Below are positions 8,401-16,801 of a DNA stretch of 64,000 bases, piece after piece. Position numbers and translations under genes: made by a program. The stretch spans positions 137,212 to 201,211 of the forward strand of contig JBDRHA010000007.1 in NCBI GenBank assembly GCA_043817235.1. The letters run 5' to 3'. Each line of letters begins with the position of its first letter. Position 1 is the first letter of the stretch. Below the pieces are notes generated by a model. It was given only the letters and a program-made list of their open reading frames with translations, was not told where the DNA came from and did not search any database. The DNA is from Candidatus Shapirobacteria bacterium. GTDB taxonomy: Bacteria > Patescibacteriota > Microgenomatia > UBA12405 > BS750m-G30.

Positions 8401-9986
8401 CAGCCGGAACTTACCAAGTTTCTGCTTTTTTCCCGCCTTCGGCCACTGTTGCTGGCCAGGAAGTTTCCTACCTTAATCCCGGACCACAGGAGGCGACTAT
8501 TGATTCTTCTTCTCCGGCGACGGCTAATTTTACTTTTGGTTCATCTGACGCAACAATTACCGGCAAGATTACTCTTGATGGGGTAGCCCAAGGTGCTTTT
8601 ATCGCCGCTTACTCTGACCAAGGTGGATATAGCGAGACCACCAGCCTTAACGGCAATTATTCTCTTAATGCTACTAGTAGCGACAAGTGGTATATGCGGG
8701 CGATTTATGAGATAGGCAATTCGGTTTATTTTTCGGAATTAATGGAAGTTGTCATGGGCGGAGCAAGTTCTTTGACTCAAAACCTAGCCTTATCAGTTGC
8801 TCCCTTTACTATTCCCGATGCAGCTTCTACTACTTTTAACTGTGCTGGCGCGAAAAAAATTACTCTTTCTAATGGAGCAGAAATTTCTATTCCGGCTAAT
8901 GCTATTAAGCCTTCTTCGGTTTCTGCTTGTAATTCTAATGATAGTTCTAGTAATATCACGGTAACGGTTAGCCCTACGGCTCAAATGTCACTTCAGGACA
9001 AATCAATACCGGTGGGCATAGGGTATGAAATTACGGCTAAAGACAGCAATGGGGCGATAATTTCTGATACTTTTAATTCGAACGTGACAATAACTATTCC
9101 TTATTCTGATAATGAAATTGCAACAGCAATGGGCGGAGCCGTTGATGAGGATTTACTGGGCAATGGCTATTGGGATACGGCCACTTCGGCTTGGCGAACA
9201 GTAGATAATCAGGTTTTAGATACCACAAATAATACGTTAACTGTTTCTACTAACCACTTTACCCTTTTTGGAGTTTTGGCTGCTGCCGATCCTTCAGCAA
9301 CAAGTGGGGCCTCCAGTGTTTCTGCTGGAGTAGCATCAGGCACTACTTCCAGTGGGGGAACTTCTAAGCCGATGGCACCTAAAGATGTAGGAAGTATTAT
9401 TGAGGGCGGATTAAGTCAGGTAATTTTAATGATTCCTGCCCGAGCTTTAGAGTGGGATGCGGACTTTGAAATTAGCATGCAGGAATATGATTTTGTTTAC
9501 CCCAAATTTCCTTTGTGGATTGCTACCGGTCCCTTTAAAATAAAGATGAAGTCTTGGTGGAATTCGGCTGAATTTGGTGAATTTCTTGAGCCAGTTACCC
9601 TGGTTATTCGTTATGACCCTAACTCTTTAGGAGCAATACCGGAAAAATCTTTGCGGCTGAATTATTATGATTTCGCTTCATCCCATTGGCGGCCAATTAA
9701 TTCTCTTTTAATTTCCGATCGGAATGAAGTAGCGGCGGTAATTAATGATTTAAAAGGAACTTATGCGTTAATCGGGGGCTTTGGATATCAGGGAAGTTAT
9801 TCATATACTGAACAAACAGTAACGGCCGAAAGCAGCTCTGAAGAAATCGGTTTGAGTGAGGAAATTCTTCCGCAAAAAGAGATTATTAGCGAGCAAAAAC
9901 ATCCTAGTGCAATGCCCGAGCCAGCCCCTGTTAAAGAGAGCTGGTTTAAACAACTAATTAATAAAATATTTTCTTTCATCAAATAA
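5433..9986 (+). CDS. Large secreted surface protein: repeated beta-sandwich (carboxypeptidase-regulatory-like) domains and two C-terminal ZU5-like domains
   Basis: Signal peptide ending VQA. Repeats of TISG.V....G.P..GV.V and G.Y.L.L..GTY.V; S/T/G/D-rich. C-terminal ISIPANAI...TNHFTLFG and LMIPARAL...WRPI segments. Start 5433/5436 preferred over 5406. Confidence 0.8.
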   Translation: MMKHFFAGLIFFIFSLFLFPSFVQATDITFTSFTASSYELGEEGVTYTYTFTIPQTLPTSGSISIQLVPQRSGTDGAEANFCDATLAAFTDDGDDLSGSATVRAFSSGPGVCSGQGIVVEGDPSFSQELAAGSVIAASFANVTNPSLEGTAYHSIVDNYINQTDSDAVSWTAFGDPLLKITVVEPDGTTPVALANVWIHNTYYTKSASLSTHGGGNAYFYANDFWVPSGIASDDTYSIHVEAPTGSGSTNANVVTGVAVASGEINNDYFADGAEGPIRLSKPLMTGTMVVPAGCTNCVAAEGDAITDVDIDVRDASYNPSNFSHTRVNDSGVFTIGGLSGSETGTTYVVEFHSPYDMSNYKGLIPPAVIEELVVYDTDGDGITNYVKYDSNGDDVLEQTNFVDLPIALGNFPFRLASKTISGRITNIAGDPVNGASVRAFKMMNPEMVQTTTDSDGDYSLLVGGGSWMFMPELDMHTNFDDDADNDVSAEWVYCGMGKSATFENDTSTETSTGNNFTVKTASVTIIGAVKDPSGNPFTGGNGGVSIFSKNGCGSNSAIDPMDGTFSVGVPPGTYEVSVHTWQQDYSAPASTVVTATSGTVNVGSLQLSTKQARISGRLWADANENGTYDSGEGVGNVRVEAFKAAKKFDEFSGGPGGGPMGGGGDWSSTTSSNDTDTKGNFELNVTKGTWVVNVMADPGMMGGYSTNSVDYIYTGAPTQVQLSSDTSQSTGNNFELGIADATINGRVVNSETDVGIGGVYGYAFAEPAGTYGQSAMMGMGMGAMISNSAFTIKVPAGDYRIGVDFPPETSGYTPASTATVTAVSGETVTVDVPVTPNNATVRIQFKDSAGSLVTDLAHAEVFMDNGAGGHQWRIFSQSELTTGKVDIQTAAGVWNIGYYISPTETDYMSQAVNDNKVTAMANETVSKDITLQVANSTVSGTVYTPDGDPLSGVFVSLDSRKASTFNPVSGPIFMSGDVTGADGTYSLTLPAGTYQVSAFFPPSATVAGQEVSYLNPGPQEATIDSSSPATANFTFGSSDATITGKITLDGVAQGAFIAAYSDQGGYSETTSLNGNYSLNATSSDKWYMRAIYEIGNSVYFSELMEVVMGGASSLTQNLALSVAPFTIPDAASTTFNCAGAKKITLSNGAEISIPANAIKPSSVSACNSNDSSSNITVTVSPTAQMSLQDKSIPVGIGYEITAKDSNGAIISDTFNSNVTITIPYSDNEIATAMGGAVDEDLLGNGYWDTATSAWRTVDNQVLDTTNNTLTVSTNHFTLFGVLAAADPSATSGASSVSAGVASGTTSSGGTSKPMAPKDVGSIIEGGLSQVILMIPARALEWDADFEISMQEYDFVYPKFPLWIATGPFKIKMKSWWNSAEFGEFLEPVTLVIRYDPNSLGAIPEKSLRLNYYDFASSHWRPINSLLISDRNEVAAVINDLKGTYALIGGFGYQGSYSYTEQTVTAESSSEEIGLSEEILPQKEIISEQKHPSAMPEPAPVKESWFKQLINKIFSFIK

Positions 9987-9996
9987 GCGCTTCGCC

Positions 9997-10025
9997 TTGA
10001 AAGACTTTGGGGCGGTGGTTATAAT
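9997..10025 (+). promoter_or_regulatory. Sigma70-type promoter, near-leaderless
   Basis: TTGAAA-17 bp-TATAAT, with ATG 8 nt downstream. Confidence 0.7.
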
Positions 10026-10033
10026 TAGGCCTT

Positions 10034-11269
10034 ATGAGAAAAGCCTTAACATATTTTTTCTTTTTTCAATTATTGCTGGCCATCGGCTGGAGTTTGGGAA
10101 ATAGCATTTTGCCCTTGGGCCCAAGCACATATTTGGGCAGAGGAAATGAAGAGCTAAAAAAGCTTTCTTTTTTTTGGTCAAGAGCCAACTTCGACGGTTT
10201 GCACTATTTGGGAATTTCTCGCTGGGGCTATGGGCATCTTCAGCAGGCCTTTTTCCCTTTTTTCCCTAAACTAATTTCGCTTTTTCACAAACTAGTTTCC
10301 AACTATCTTCTTTCAGGAATTTTTATTTCTAATTTATTTCTTCTTCTTTGCTTTTGGCTTTTTCCTAAGTTATTGGCCCAAGGAAATATTAAGGGGAAGA
10401 TAATAGAAGAAAGCACTTTATTTTATTTTTTCTTTCCGACGGCCTTTTTCTTTGGCAGTGTTTATACTGAGTCTCTTTTTTTGTTTTTGGTTTTATTAAC
10501 TTTTTATCTAGCTAAAAAGGGAAAATTTTTAGGGGCGGGAATTGCGGCCGGATTAGCTTCTTACACCCGGCTGGTCGGAATTTTCCTTTTGCCGGCCCTG
10601 CTTTTAGAATATTATGAACAGTTTTCTAAAAGAAGAATGAAAGAAAGAATAGCGGCTTTAAAAGAGCGGATAACCAGTTACAGAAAAAGCGGGTTTGCTT
10701 ATCTAATTAAATCACGCGCCAGACATTTTAAATTCTTGGCGTTTATCCTTTTTTCCGCTTCCGGATTGCTTTTTTATATGAATTATTTATTAAAAACAAC
10801 AGGAAGCGCGTTGTTTTTTTTAGAAGTTCAAGCTGGCTTTGGAGCTCAGCGCTCGGTAACCAAATTAATTTTACTTTATCAGGTTTTTTGGCGGTATCTA
10901 AAAATGATTTTCACGGTTGCTCCTTATCAGTGGATTTATTTTAATGTTTGGTTTGAATTTATTATCGCTTTAATTTTTTTATTTCTTTTGCTTTGGGGCT
11001 GGTACAAAAGAAGAGAATACAAGATAAAAAGCTCCTGGCTTTTATTTGCTTCTCTTTCCTGCCTTCTTCCTAGCCTTACCGGTACTTTTTCTTCTTTGCC
11101 ACGGTATGTTTTGGTTTGTTTTCCTTGTTTTATTGTCCTGGCTCATTTATCTTGTGATCTGGCTAAAAAGCATCGTCTCTCTTGGCTGCCAAAAGCATAT
11201 TGGATTTTAAATCTTCTTCTCTTTATTTTTATTTGTGCCTTTTTCTTCAGAGGCTTTTGGGTTGCTTAA
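10034..11269 (+). CDS. GT-C mannosyltransferase, PIG-V/Mannosyl_trans2-like
   Basis: ANFDGLHYLGI..WGY...AFFPFFP, YTESLFL and SLPRY motifs; multi-pass membrane protein. Confidence 0.75.
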   Translation: MRKALTYFFFFQLLLAIGWSLGNSILPLGPSTYLGRGNEELKKLSFFWSRANFDGLHYLGISRWGYGHLQQAFFPFFPKLISLFHKLVSNYLLSGIFISNLFLLLCFWLFPKLLAQGNIKGKIIEESTLFYFFFPTAFFFGSVYTESLFLFLVLLTFYLAKKGKFLGAGIAAGLASYTRLVGIFLLPALLLEYYEQFSKRRMKERIAALKERITSYRKSGFAYLIKSRARHFKFLAFILFSASGLLFYMNYLLKTTGSALFFLEVQAGFGAQRSVTKLILLYQVFWRYLKMIFTVAPYQWIYFNVWFEFIIALIFLFLLLWGWYKRREYKIKSSWLLFASLSCLLPSLTGTFSSLPRYVLVCFPCFIVLAHLSCDLAKKHRLSWLPKAYWILNLLLFIFICAFFFRGFWVA

Positions 11270-11277
11270 AACGCACA

Positions 11278-11799
11278 ATGATTAACTTTAAAAGCAAAAT
11301 CAGAAACATCCCTGACTTTCCGGAAAAAGGAATCGTGTTTCGGGATATTTGCCCTTTACTGGAAGACAAAGTTATTTTTAAGGCGGCGGTTGATGAACTG
11401 GTAAGGAGAATTGGCAAAAATAAAATAGATAAAGTAATCGGAATTGATGCGCGGGGTTTTATTTTAGCGGGAGTATTAGCTCATCGCTTAAAAGCGGGCC
11501 TAGTTTTAGTTAGGAAAAAGGGGAAATTGCCCTATAAAACCGTAGAAGAGGAATATAATTTAGAATACGGAAAGGCCGCTTTAGCCATTCACCAGGATTC
11601 CATTAAAAAGGGAGAAAGAGTGCTTTTGGCTGATGATGTTTTAGCTACCGGAGGGACAATGAGGGCAGCTGCCAGTTTAGTAGAGAAATTAGGCGGAAAG
11701 ATTGCAATGATTGTTTTTCTTACTATTTTGGATTATCTTCCAGGTCAGAAAATTTTAGCTGATTACAAATTGATTTCTTTGGTTAATTACCGGAAATGA
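11278..11799 (+). CDS. apt: Adenine phosphoribosyltransferase
   Basis: PDFPEKGIVFRDI, GIDARGF, RKKGKLP, LEYG and PRPP motif DDVLATGGT. ATG 11278 preferred. Confidence 0.95.
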   Translation: MINFKSKIRNIPDFPEKGIVFRDICPLLEDKVIFKAAVDELVRRIGKNKIDKVIGIDARGFILAGVLAHRLKAGLVLVRKKGKLPYKTVEEEYNLEYGKAALAIHQDSIKKGERVLLADDVLATGGTMRAAASLVEKLGGKIAMIVFLTILDYLPGQKILADYKLISLVNYRK

Positions 11800-12593
11800 A
11801 GGCCGAAATTGGAATTATTGGCGGGTCCGGATTTTATGATTTAGCCACTTCCTTACGGGAAATTAGAATAGAAACGCCTTACGGACCTCATTCTGGAAAA
11901 ATTGCTTTAGGTAAAATTAGCGGGCGGACTGTTGCTTTTTTGCCTCGGCATGGCAGGGAGCATGTTATTCCTCCTCATAAAATAAATTACCGGGCCAATA
12001 TCTGGGCTTTAAAATCTCTGGGAGTAAGTAGGATTTTGACATTTCATGCGGTGGGCTCTTTGCAAAAAGAAATAAAGCCTGGGGATTTTATTGTTTTAGA
12101 TCAGTTTATTGACCGAACTAAGGGAAGAATTGATACTTTTTACGATGGGCCGGCAGTTACTCATATTTCAAGCGCTTTTCCTTACTGCCCTCAACTAAGA
12201 AAATTAGCGATCAAAAAGTCACTGGATTTAAAGATTCCAGCTCATGATAAGGGGACTGTTGTGGTTATTCAGGGTCCACGTTTTTCTTCGACCGCCGAAT
12301 CTGCCTGGTTTACACGGATGGGCTGGCATGCGGTAAATATGACTGAATACCCGGAAGTGGCTTTGGCCAAAGAGCAGGAGATTTGTTACTGTGCGGTAGC
12401 TATGGCCACCGATTATGATGCCGGCTTAGTAGCCCGGGAGACAGTTAAGCCAGCTTCGGTTAAAGAAATAGTTGCTATTTTTAAAAAGAATTTAGGATCA
12501 GCGAAAACTTTAATGATGTCCATGGTCAAAAATTGGCCCAAAAAGGCAAGCTGTGATTGTCAGCATTCTTTGTCTGGGGCCCAGTTTAACTAA
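11796..12593 (+). CDS. mtnP: S-methyl-5'-thioadenosine phosphorylase (MTAP, PNP family)
   Basis: GIIGGSG, LPRHG..H.IPPH.INYRANI, GPRFSSTAES, VNMT..PE and TDYD motifs. Confidence 0.92.
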   Translation: MKAEIGIIGGSGFYDLATSLREIRIETPYGPHSGKIALGKISGRTVAFLPRHGREHVIPPHKINYRANIWALKSLGVSRILTFHAVGSLQKEIKPGDFIVLDQFIDRTKGRIDTFYDGPAVTHISSAFPYCPQLRKLAIKKSLDLKIPAHDKGTVVVIQGPRFSSTAESAWFTRMGWHAVNMTEYPEVALAKEQEICYCAVAMATDYDAGLVARETVKPASVKEIVAIFKKNLGSAKTLMMSMVKNWPKKASCDCQHSLSGAQFN

Positions 12594-12600
12594 ACTTCCG

Positions 12601-13872
12601 ATGGAATTTATTAAAAAGTGTTTTTCAAAATTGACTAAAAGCCAGCTGATTGCTGGAAGTGCAGTTTTATTTATCAGCGCGATGGTGGGCAATATTAGCA
12701 ATTACCTTTATCATCTTTTAATGGGTCGTTTTTTAGGGCCGGAAAACTATGGTTTATTGACATCCCTAATTTCTTTAACCTATTTATTTGGGATACCTTT
12801 GGCCGCCCTTAACTTAGTCGTAGTTAAGCACACTTCTGGTTTATGGGCGAGGAAGAAGTTGAGCTCGATAGCCTTTTTCCATTCTTGGTTAAATAAAAAA
12901 GCAACTATTTTTGTTTGGCTGGGGCTGGTGGTTTTACTTCTGGCCTCTCCTAAGATTGCTCTCTTTCTTCATTTAAAATCAATTTCTTTGGTTTGGCTGA
13001 TGGGGGCTTGTAGCTTAATAGGGGTCTATTCAACAATTAGTGGGGCAACTTTGCAAGGGCTTTTAAAGTTTAATTTGATGGCCGTTTCTAGTATTATTTC
13101 GGTTATTTTAAAGTTGGGCTTGTCGGTTTTATTGGTCTTGGTGGGCCTAGGGATTTGGGGAGCGGTTTTGCCATTTTTAATAACCTCTTTAATCGGACTT
13201 TTTTTACTTAGACTTTTTATTGGTCAGCTGCTAGTTAATAAAAAAGAGGAGGCAAAGAAGATTTTTGAGACTAAAGAGCTTCTCGCCTATACTTGGCCGG
13301 TTTTGCTGTCTACCCTGGCCTTTACTTCTCTTTATACCACTGATTTTCTTTTAGCTAGGCATTTTTTATCAGCGCAAATGGCTGGTTATTATGCCAGTTT
13401 GGCCACCCTGGGAAAAATTGTCTTTTTTGCTTCCAGCCCGATTGTGATGGCAATGTTTCCTTTGATTTCTGCGCGTCATGAGGGCGGTCAAGATTCTCGC
13501 CAAACATTAAATTTAAGCTTAGCCTTAGTTTTGTTCGCCTCTTTGGGAATTACTGCTTTTTATTTTCTTTTTCCTCAATTTATGATTAAGACTCTTTACG
13601 GAGCTGATTATTTAGTTGCTGCCCCTTATTTAGTTTATTTTTCTATCTTTTTAAGTTTTTATGCTCTGGTTAATGTTTTGGTTAATTACTATTTATCAAT
13701 TAAAAAAGTAAAAATTGTTTTTTTCCCTGTTCTGGCTGCCTTAATTCAGATTTTACTAATCCTTGTTTTTCACCAGGATATTCTTCAAATAGTTTTGGCC
13801 TCGATTGTCGTTTTGGGATTGTTATTGATTGTTCTTTTGGGGTATCATTTTCGGGAAAATGGAAAAAAATAA
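12601..13872 (+). CDS. wzx: Wzx-type oligosaccharide flippase
   Basis: About 12 TM helices; MGRFLGPENYG, D.LLARHFL...AGYY and MFP motifs. Confidence 0.85.
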   Translation: MEFIKKCFSKLTKSQLIAGSAVLFISAMVGNISNYLYHLLMGRFLGPENYGLLTSLISLTYLFGIPLAALNLVVVKHTSGLWARKKLSSIAFFHSWLNKKATIFVWLGLVVLLLASPKIALFLHLKSISLVWLMGACSLIGVYSTISGATLQGLLKFNLMAVSSIISVILKLGLSVLLVLVGLGIWGAVLPFLITSLIGLFLLRLFIGQLLVNKKEEAKKIFETKELLAYTWPVLLSTLAFTSLYTTDFLLARHFLSAQMAGYYASLATLGKIVFFASSPIVMAMFPLISARHEGGQDSRQTLNLSLALVLFASLGITAFYFLFPQFMIKTLYGADYLVAAPYLVYFSIFLSFYALVNVLVNYYLSIKKVKIVFFPVLAALIQILLILVFHQDILQIVLASIVVLGLLLIVLLGYHFRENGKK

Positions 13873-14656
13873 TTATTTACTTTCCGTAATTATTCCAGCC
13901 TATAAACAGGAAAAAACTATTGTTAAAGATTTAAAAAGAATAGTTGGAGTATTGGAAAAGATTCGTTATCAGCATGAAGTAATTGTGGTGGTGGATGGGG
14001 AATTAGATAATACTTACCAAAAACTCAAGAAAGCCAATCTTCTTAAGGTGAAAGTGGTGGGCTATAAAAACAATAAAGGCAAGGGTCACGCTGTTCGCTT
14101 TGGGATGGCCCGGGCTAAAGGAGACCCTATTGCATTTATTGATGCGGGTATGGAAATTGATCCAAATGGAATTTCGATGGTGTTAGAGCACATGGAATGG
14201 TATAGGGCAGATGCGATTGTTGGCTCAAAAAGGCATCCTGCTTCCCAGATTAGTTATCCTGCGCACCGTCGCATTATCAGCTCTATATATCAGCTCTTTG
14301 TTCGGCTGTTTACGGGTTTAAATGTGCGGGATACGCAGGCGGGCTTAAAGGTTTATCGCCGGAAAGTTTTAGAAGACATTTTTCCCAGACTTTTAGTTAA
14401 GCGCTATGCTTTTGATCTGGAGATGTTAGCTGTTGCTCATCGCCTAGGCTATAAAAGGATTTACGAAGCACCAATTAAGCTAAAGTATCATTTTGACGAT
14501 TTAACTCATGCGGCCAACTGGAAAGGTCTTAAAAATACTTTTGTGGATACTTTGGCGATTATTTATCGGCTGCGGATTAAAAAGTATTACGATGATGGAA
14601 ATAAACGCCAGTGGCGGTATGATCCTGATTTAAGCTTTCGGGTGAATATTGGCTAA
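13859..14656 (+). CDS. GT2 polyprenyl-phosphate sugar synthase (DPM1/ALG5-like)
   Basis: NKGKGHAVRFG, GSKRHP, RDTQAGLKVYRR and FDLEML motifs. Confidence 0.8.
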   Translation: MEKNNYLLSVIIPAYKQEKTIVKDLKRIVGVLEKIRYQHEVIVVVDGELDNTYQKLKKANLLKVKVVGYKNNKGKGHAVRFGMARAKGDPIAFIDAGMEIDPNGISMVLEHMEWYRADAIVGSKRHPASQISYPAHRRIISSIYQLFVRLFTGLNVRDTQAGLKVYRRKVLEDIFPRLLVKRYAFDLEMLAVAHRLGYKRIYEAPIKLKYHFDDLTHAANWKGLKNTFVDTLAIIYRLRIKKYYDDGNKRQWRYDPDLSFRVNIG

Positions 14657-14658
14657 AA

Positions 14659-15681
14659 ATGACTAAAAAAGCTTTTTTTTCCGTAATAGTTCCAGTTCCG
14701 AAGATCAATGATTATATCAGAAAAGAAATTGTTCCTAGTTTAGAAAAGCAAACTTATAAAAATTTTGAGTTAATTTTAGTTCCGGATACAAAAGATAAAA
14801 AAGAAAACTTCCCTTCGTTTGTAAAAATATATCCTTCCTGGCCTAAATTGGGCCCAGCTGATAAAAAAGACTTAGGAGTAAAAAAGGCCAGAGGAGAAAT
14901 AGTAGCTTTTCTAGACGACGATGCCTATCCAGATAAAGATTGGCTTAAAAATGCTCTTAGGGCCTTAATGCCCTCTGCTGTCGCCGCGGTTTGTGGTCCT
15001 GGAGTTACCCCGCCTCATGATTCGCTTTTAGCGCGAGTTTCCGGCTGGGTCTGGTCTTCTTGGCTGGGAGCAGGAGGAGCGGGAACTTATCGCTGCTGGC
15101 CGGGCAAAAAGCGGAAAGTAGACGATTATCCAACCTTTAATTTAATAGTGAAAAAAAGGGAATTTAAGGGTTCAGGTGGTTTTGATTCCTGTTTTTGGCC
15201 CGGGGAGGATACTTGTCTTTGTCATAATTTGGTTTATAACTTAAAAAAAAAGATAATTTATGATCCTAAAATTTTAGTTTATCACCACCGCCGTAATATC
15301 TTTTTACCCCATCTACGTCAAATCGGGCGTTATGGGTTACACCGGGGTTATTTTGTGAAGGTTTTGCCTAGGACCTCAAGAAGATTGGGATATTTTATTC
15401 CGGCTGCTTTTGCTTTAGGAGTTTTATTAGGGCCTCTAAGTTTGTTTTTCTCTTCTTTGCTCTTTAAAATCTATCTAGCAGTTCTTAGTATATATGCCAT
15501 ACTAACCGCATTAACTTCTCTTTGGGTTTTTAGTAAAAGCAAAAATCTGTTGATTTCTTTGCTGCTTATTCCGACGATTTTTATTAGTCATATCTATTAC
15601 GGCCTTTGTCTTATTATGGGTTTACTTAAAAAAGAGAAAGCAAGTAAATACAAAAAAGAGCTTGGGGAGAATATTACTTAG
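14659..15681 (+). CDS. GT2 glycosyltransferase with C-terminal TM helices
   Basis: AFLDDDAYP, GEDT and YHHRR motifs. Confidence 0.88.
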   Translation: MTKKAFFSVIVPVPKINDYIRKEIVPSLEKQTYKNFELILVPDTKDKKENFPSFVKIYPSWPKLGPADKKDLGVKKARGEIVAFLDDDAYPDKDWLKNALRALMPSAVAAVCGPGVTPPHDSLLARVSGWVWSSWLGAGGAGTYRCWPGKKRKVDDYPTFNLIVKKREFKGSGGFDSCFWPGEDTCLCHNLVYNLKKKIIYDPKILVYHHRRNIFLPHLRQIGRYGLHRGYFVKVLPRTSRRLGYFIPAAFALGVLLGPLSLFFSSLLFKIYLAVLSIYAILTALTSLWVFSKSKNLLISLLLIPTIFISHIYYGLCLIMGLLKKEKASKYKKELGENIT

Positions 15682-16801
15682 TTTTTTGAACATAAAGCTT
15701 ATTTCGGAAAACTAAATAAGGGAAAAGAAGGTAAATAAGACCAATAAGGAGAAAAGCGGATTTGGGAGCGGAAAAAATAGCTAAAGAAGCAATAAAAATT
15801 AAACTGCCGATAATTCGGCCAACGCCCAGCAAAAATTCTCGGCCAATCATACCGTGACCCACACTATTAATTTGATCTAAAACTAAAGTGGTGACAAATG
15901 TTCCATTTATAGTGGAAACCAACCCTAGACATCCTGTTAAAATAGCCCAGGATCTAAGATCTTGAGAAAAGCCCAGGGTCATAATTAAAAGGGCCACCAA
16001 AATAGTGGAAGGATAAAGAATAATAGTTCTTTTTTTGCTTTTATCGGACAAGTGGCCTAAAAGCAGAGTAGTGCCTACTGAAACAAAAGCCAAATAGCTA
16101 AAAAACACTCCATAGGGCAGTGGTTGGTTAATAAAAAGCAAGGTAAAAACAGGAACGGCAGCCAAGCCTACTGCTTCTCTTATCCCCTCAATAATTAAAA
16201 GCAGATTTATTTTTTTAGTTTTGTTTAAACTTTTTTTTAGATTGCAGGCAAAACTTATTTTTGGTAAATTTTTAGTTAAATACGCGGCAATCAGAATAAT
16301 AAAAATTGCTGTTGGGAATACAGCCTGAAGACCCCAAAACTTACCAATAAACCCGACAATTAAAGGAACAGCTATCCCTAAAAAGGGTCCTGCTAAAGTA
16401 AAAATACTGGAGCTAAAGGCTCTTTTGTTTTTAGGAGTGTTATTAAAATAGAGTGTATTATATGTCACATAGAAAAAGACAACCGTTATTCCCGAAGGAA
16501 TGCCAATTAAGAATATTTGCCAGGGGTGAATAAATTTTATGACTCCAAGCATCAAAATAATTTCCGAAGCAAAAGCGATTATAAAACTTTTTGGTGAAGA
16601 GAAACGTTTAATAAAAACTAACAGAATAGAGGGTATAGCGAGTTTGATTAGATAATAGCCGAAAATTTGCTGATAGCTGAAATTATTTTGAGAAAACCAA
16701 AGAGAAAAAAATCCTCGCCCTAGGCTAACGGCCAATAAAAACACCAGAAAAAAGATGTATATTTGAAGAAATATTTTTTTTCTGTCTTGGTTATTCTTCA
16801 T
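15674..16801 (-). CDS. MFS-type transporter
   Basis: About 12 TM helices; GHLSDKSKKR resembles MFS motif A. Confidence 0.7.
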   Translation of the reverse strand: MKNNQDRKKIFLQIYIFFLVFLLAVSLGRGFFSLWFSQNNFSYQQIFGYYLIKLAIPSILLVFIKRFSSPKSFIIAFASEIILMLGVIKFIHPWQIFLIGIPSGITVVFFYVTYNTLYFNNTPKNKRAFSSSIFTLAGPFLGIAVPLIVGFIGKFWGLQAVFPTAIFIILIAAYLTKNLPKISFACNLKKSLNKTKKINLLLIIEGIREAVGLAAVPVFTLLFINQPLPYGVFFSYLAFVSVGTTLLLGHLSDKSKKRTIILYPSTILVALLIMTLGFSQDLRSWAILTGCLGLVSTINGTFVTTLVLDQINSVGHGMIGREFLLGVGRIIGSLIFIASLAIFSAPKSAFLLIGLIYLLFPYLVFRNKLYVQKTK

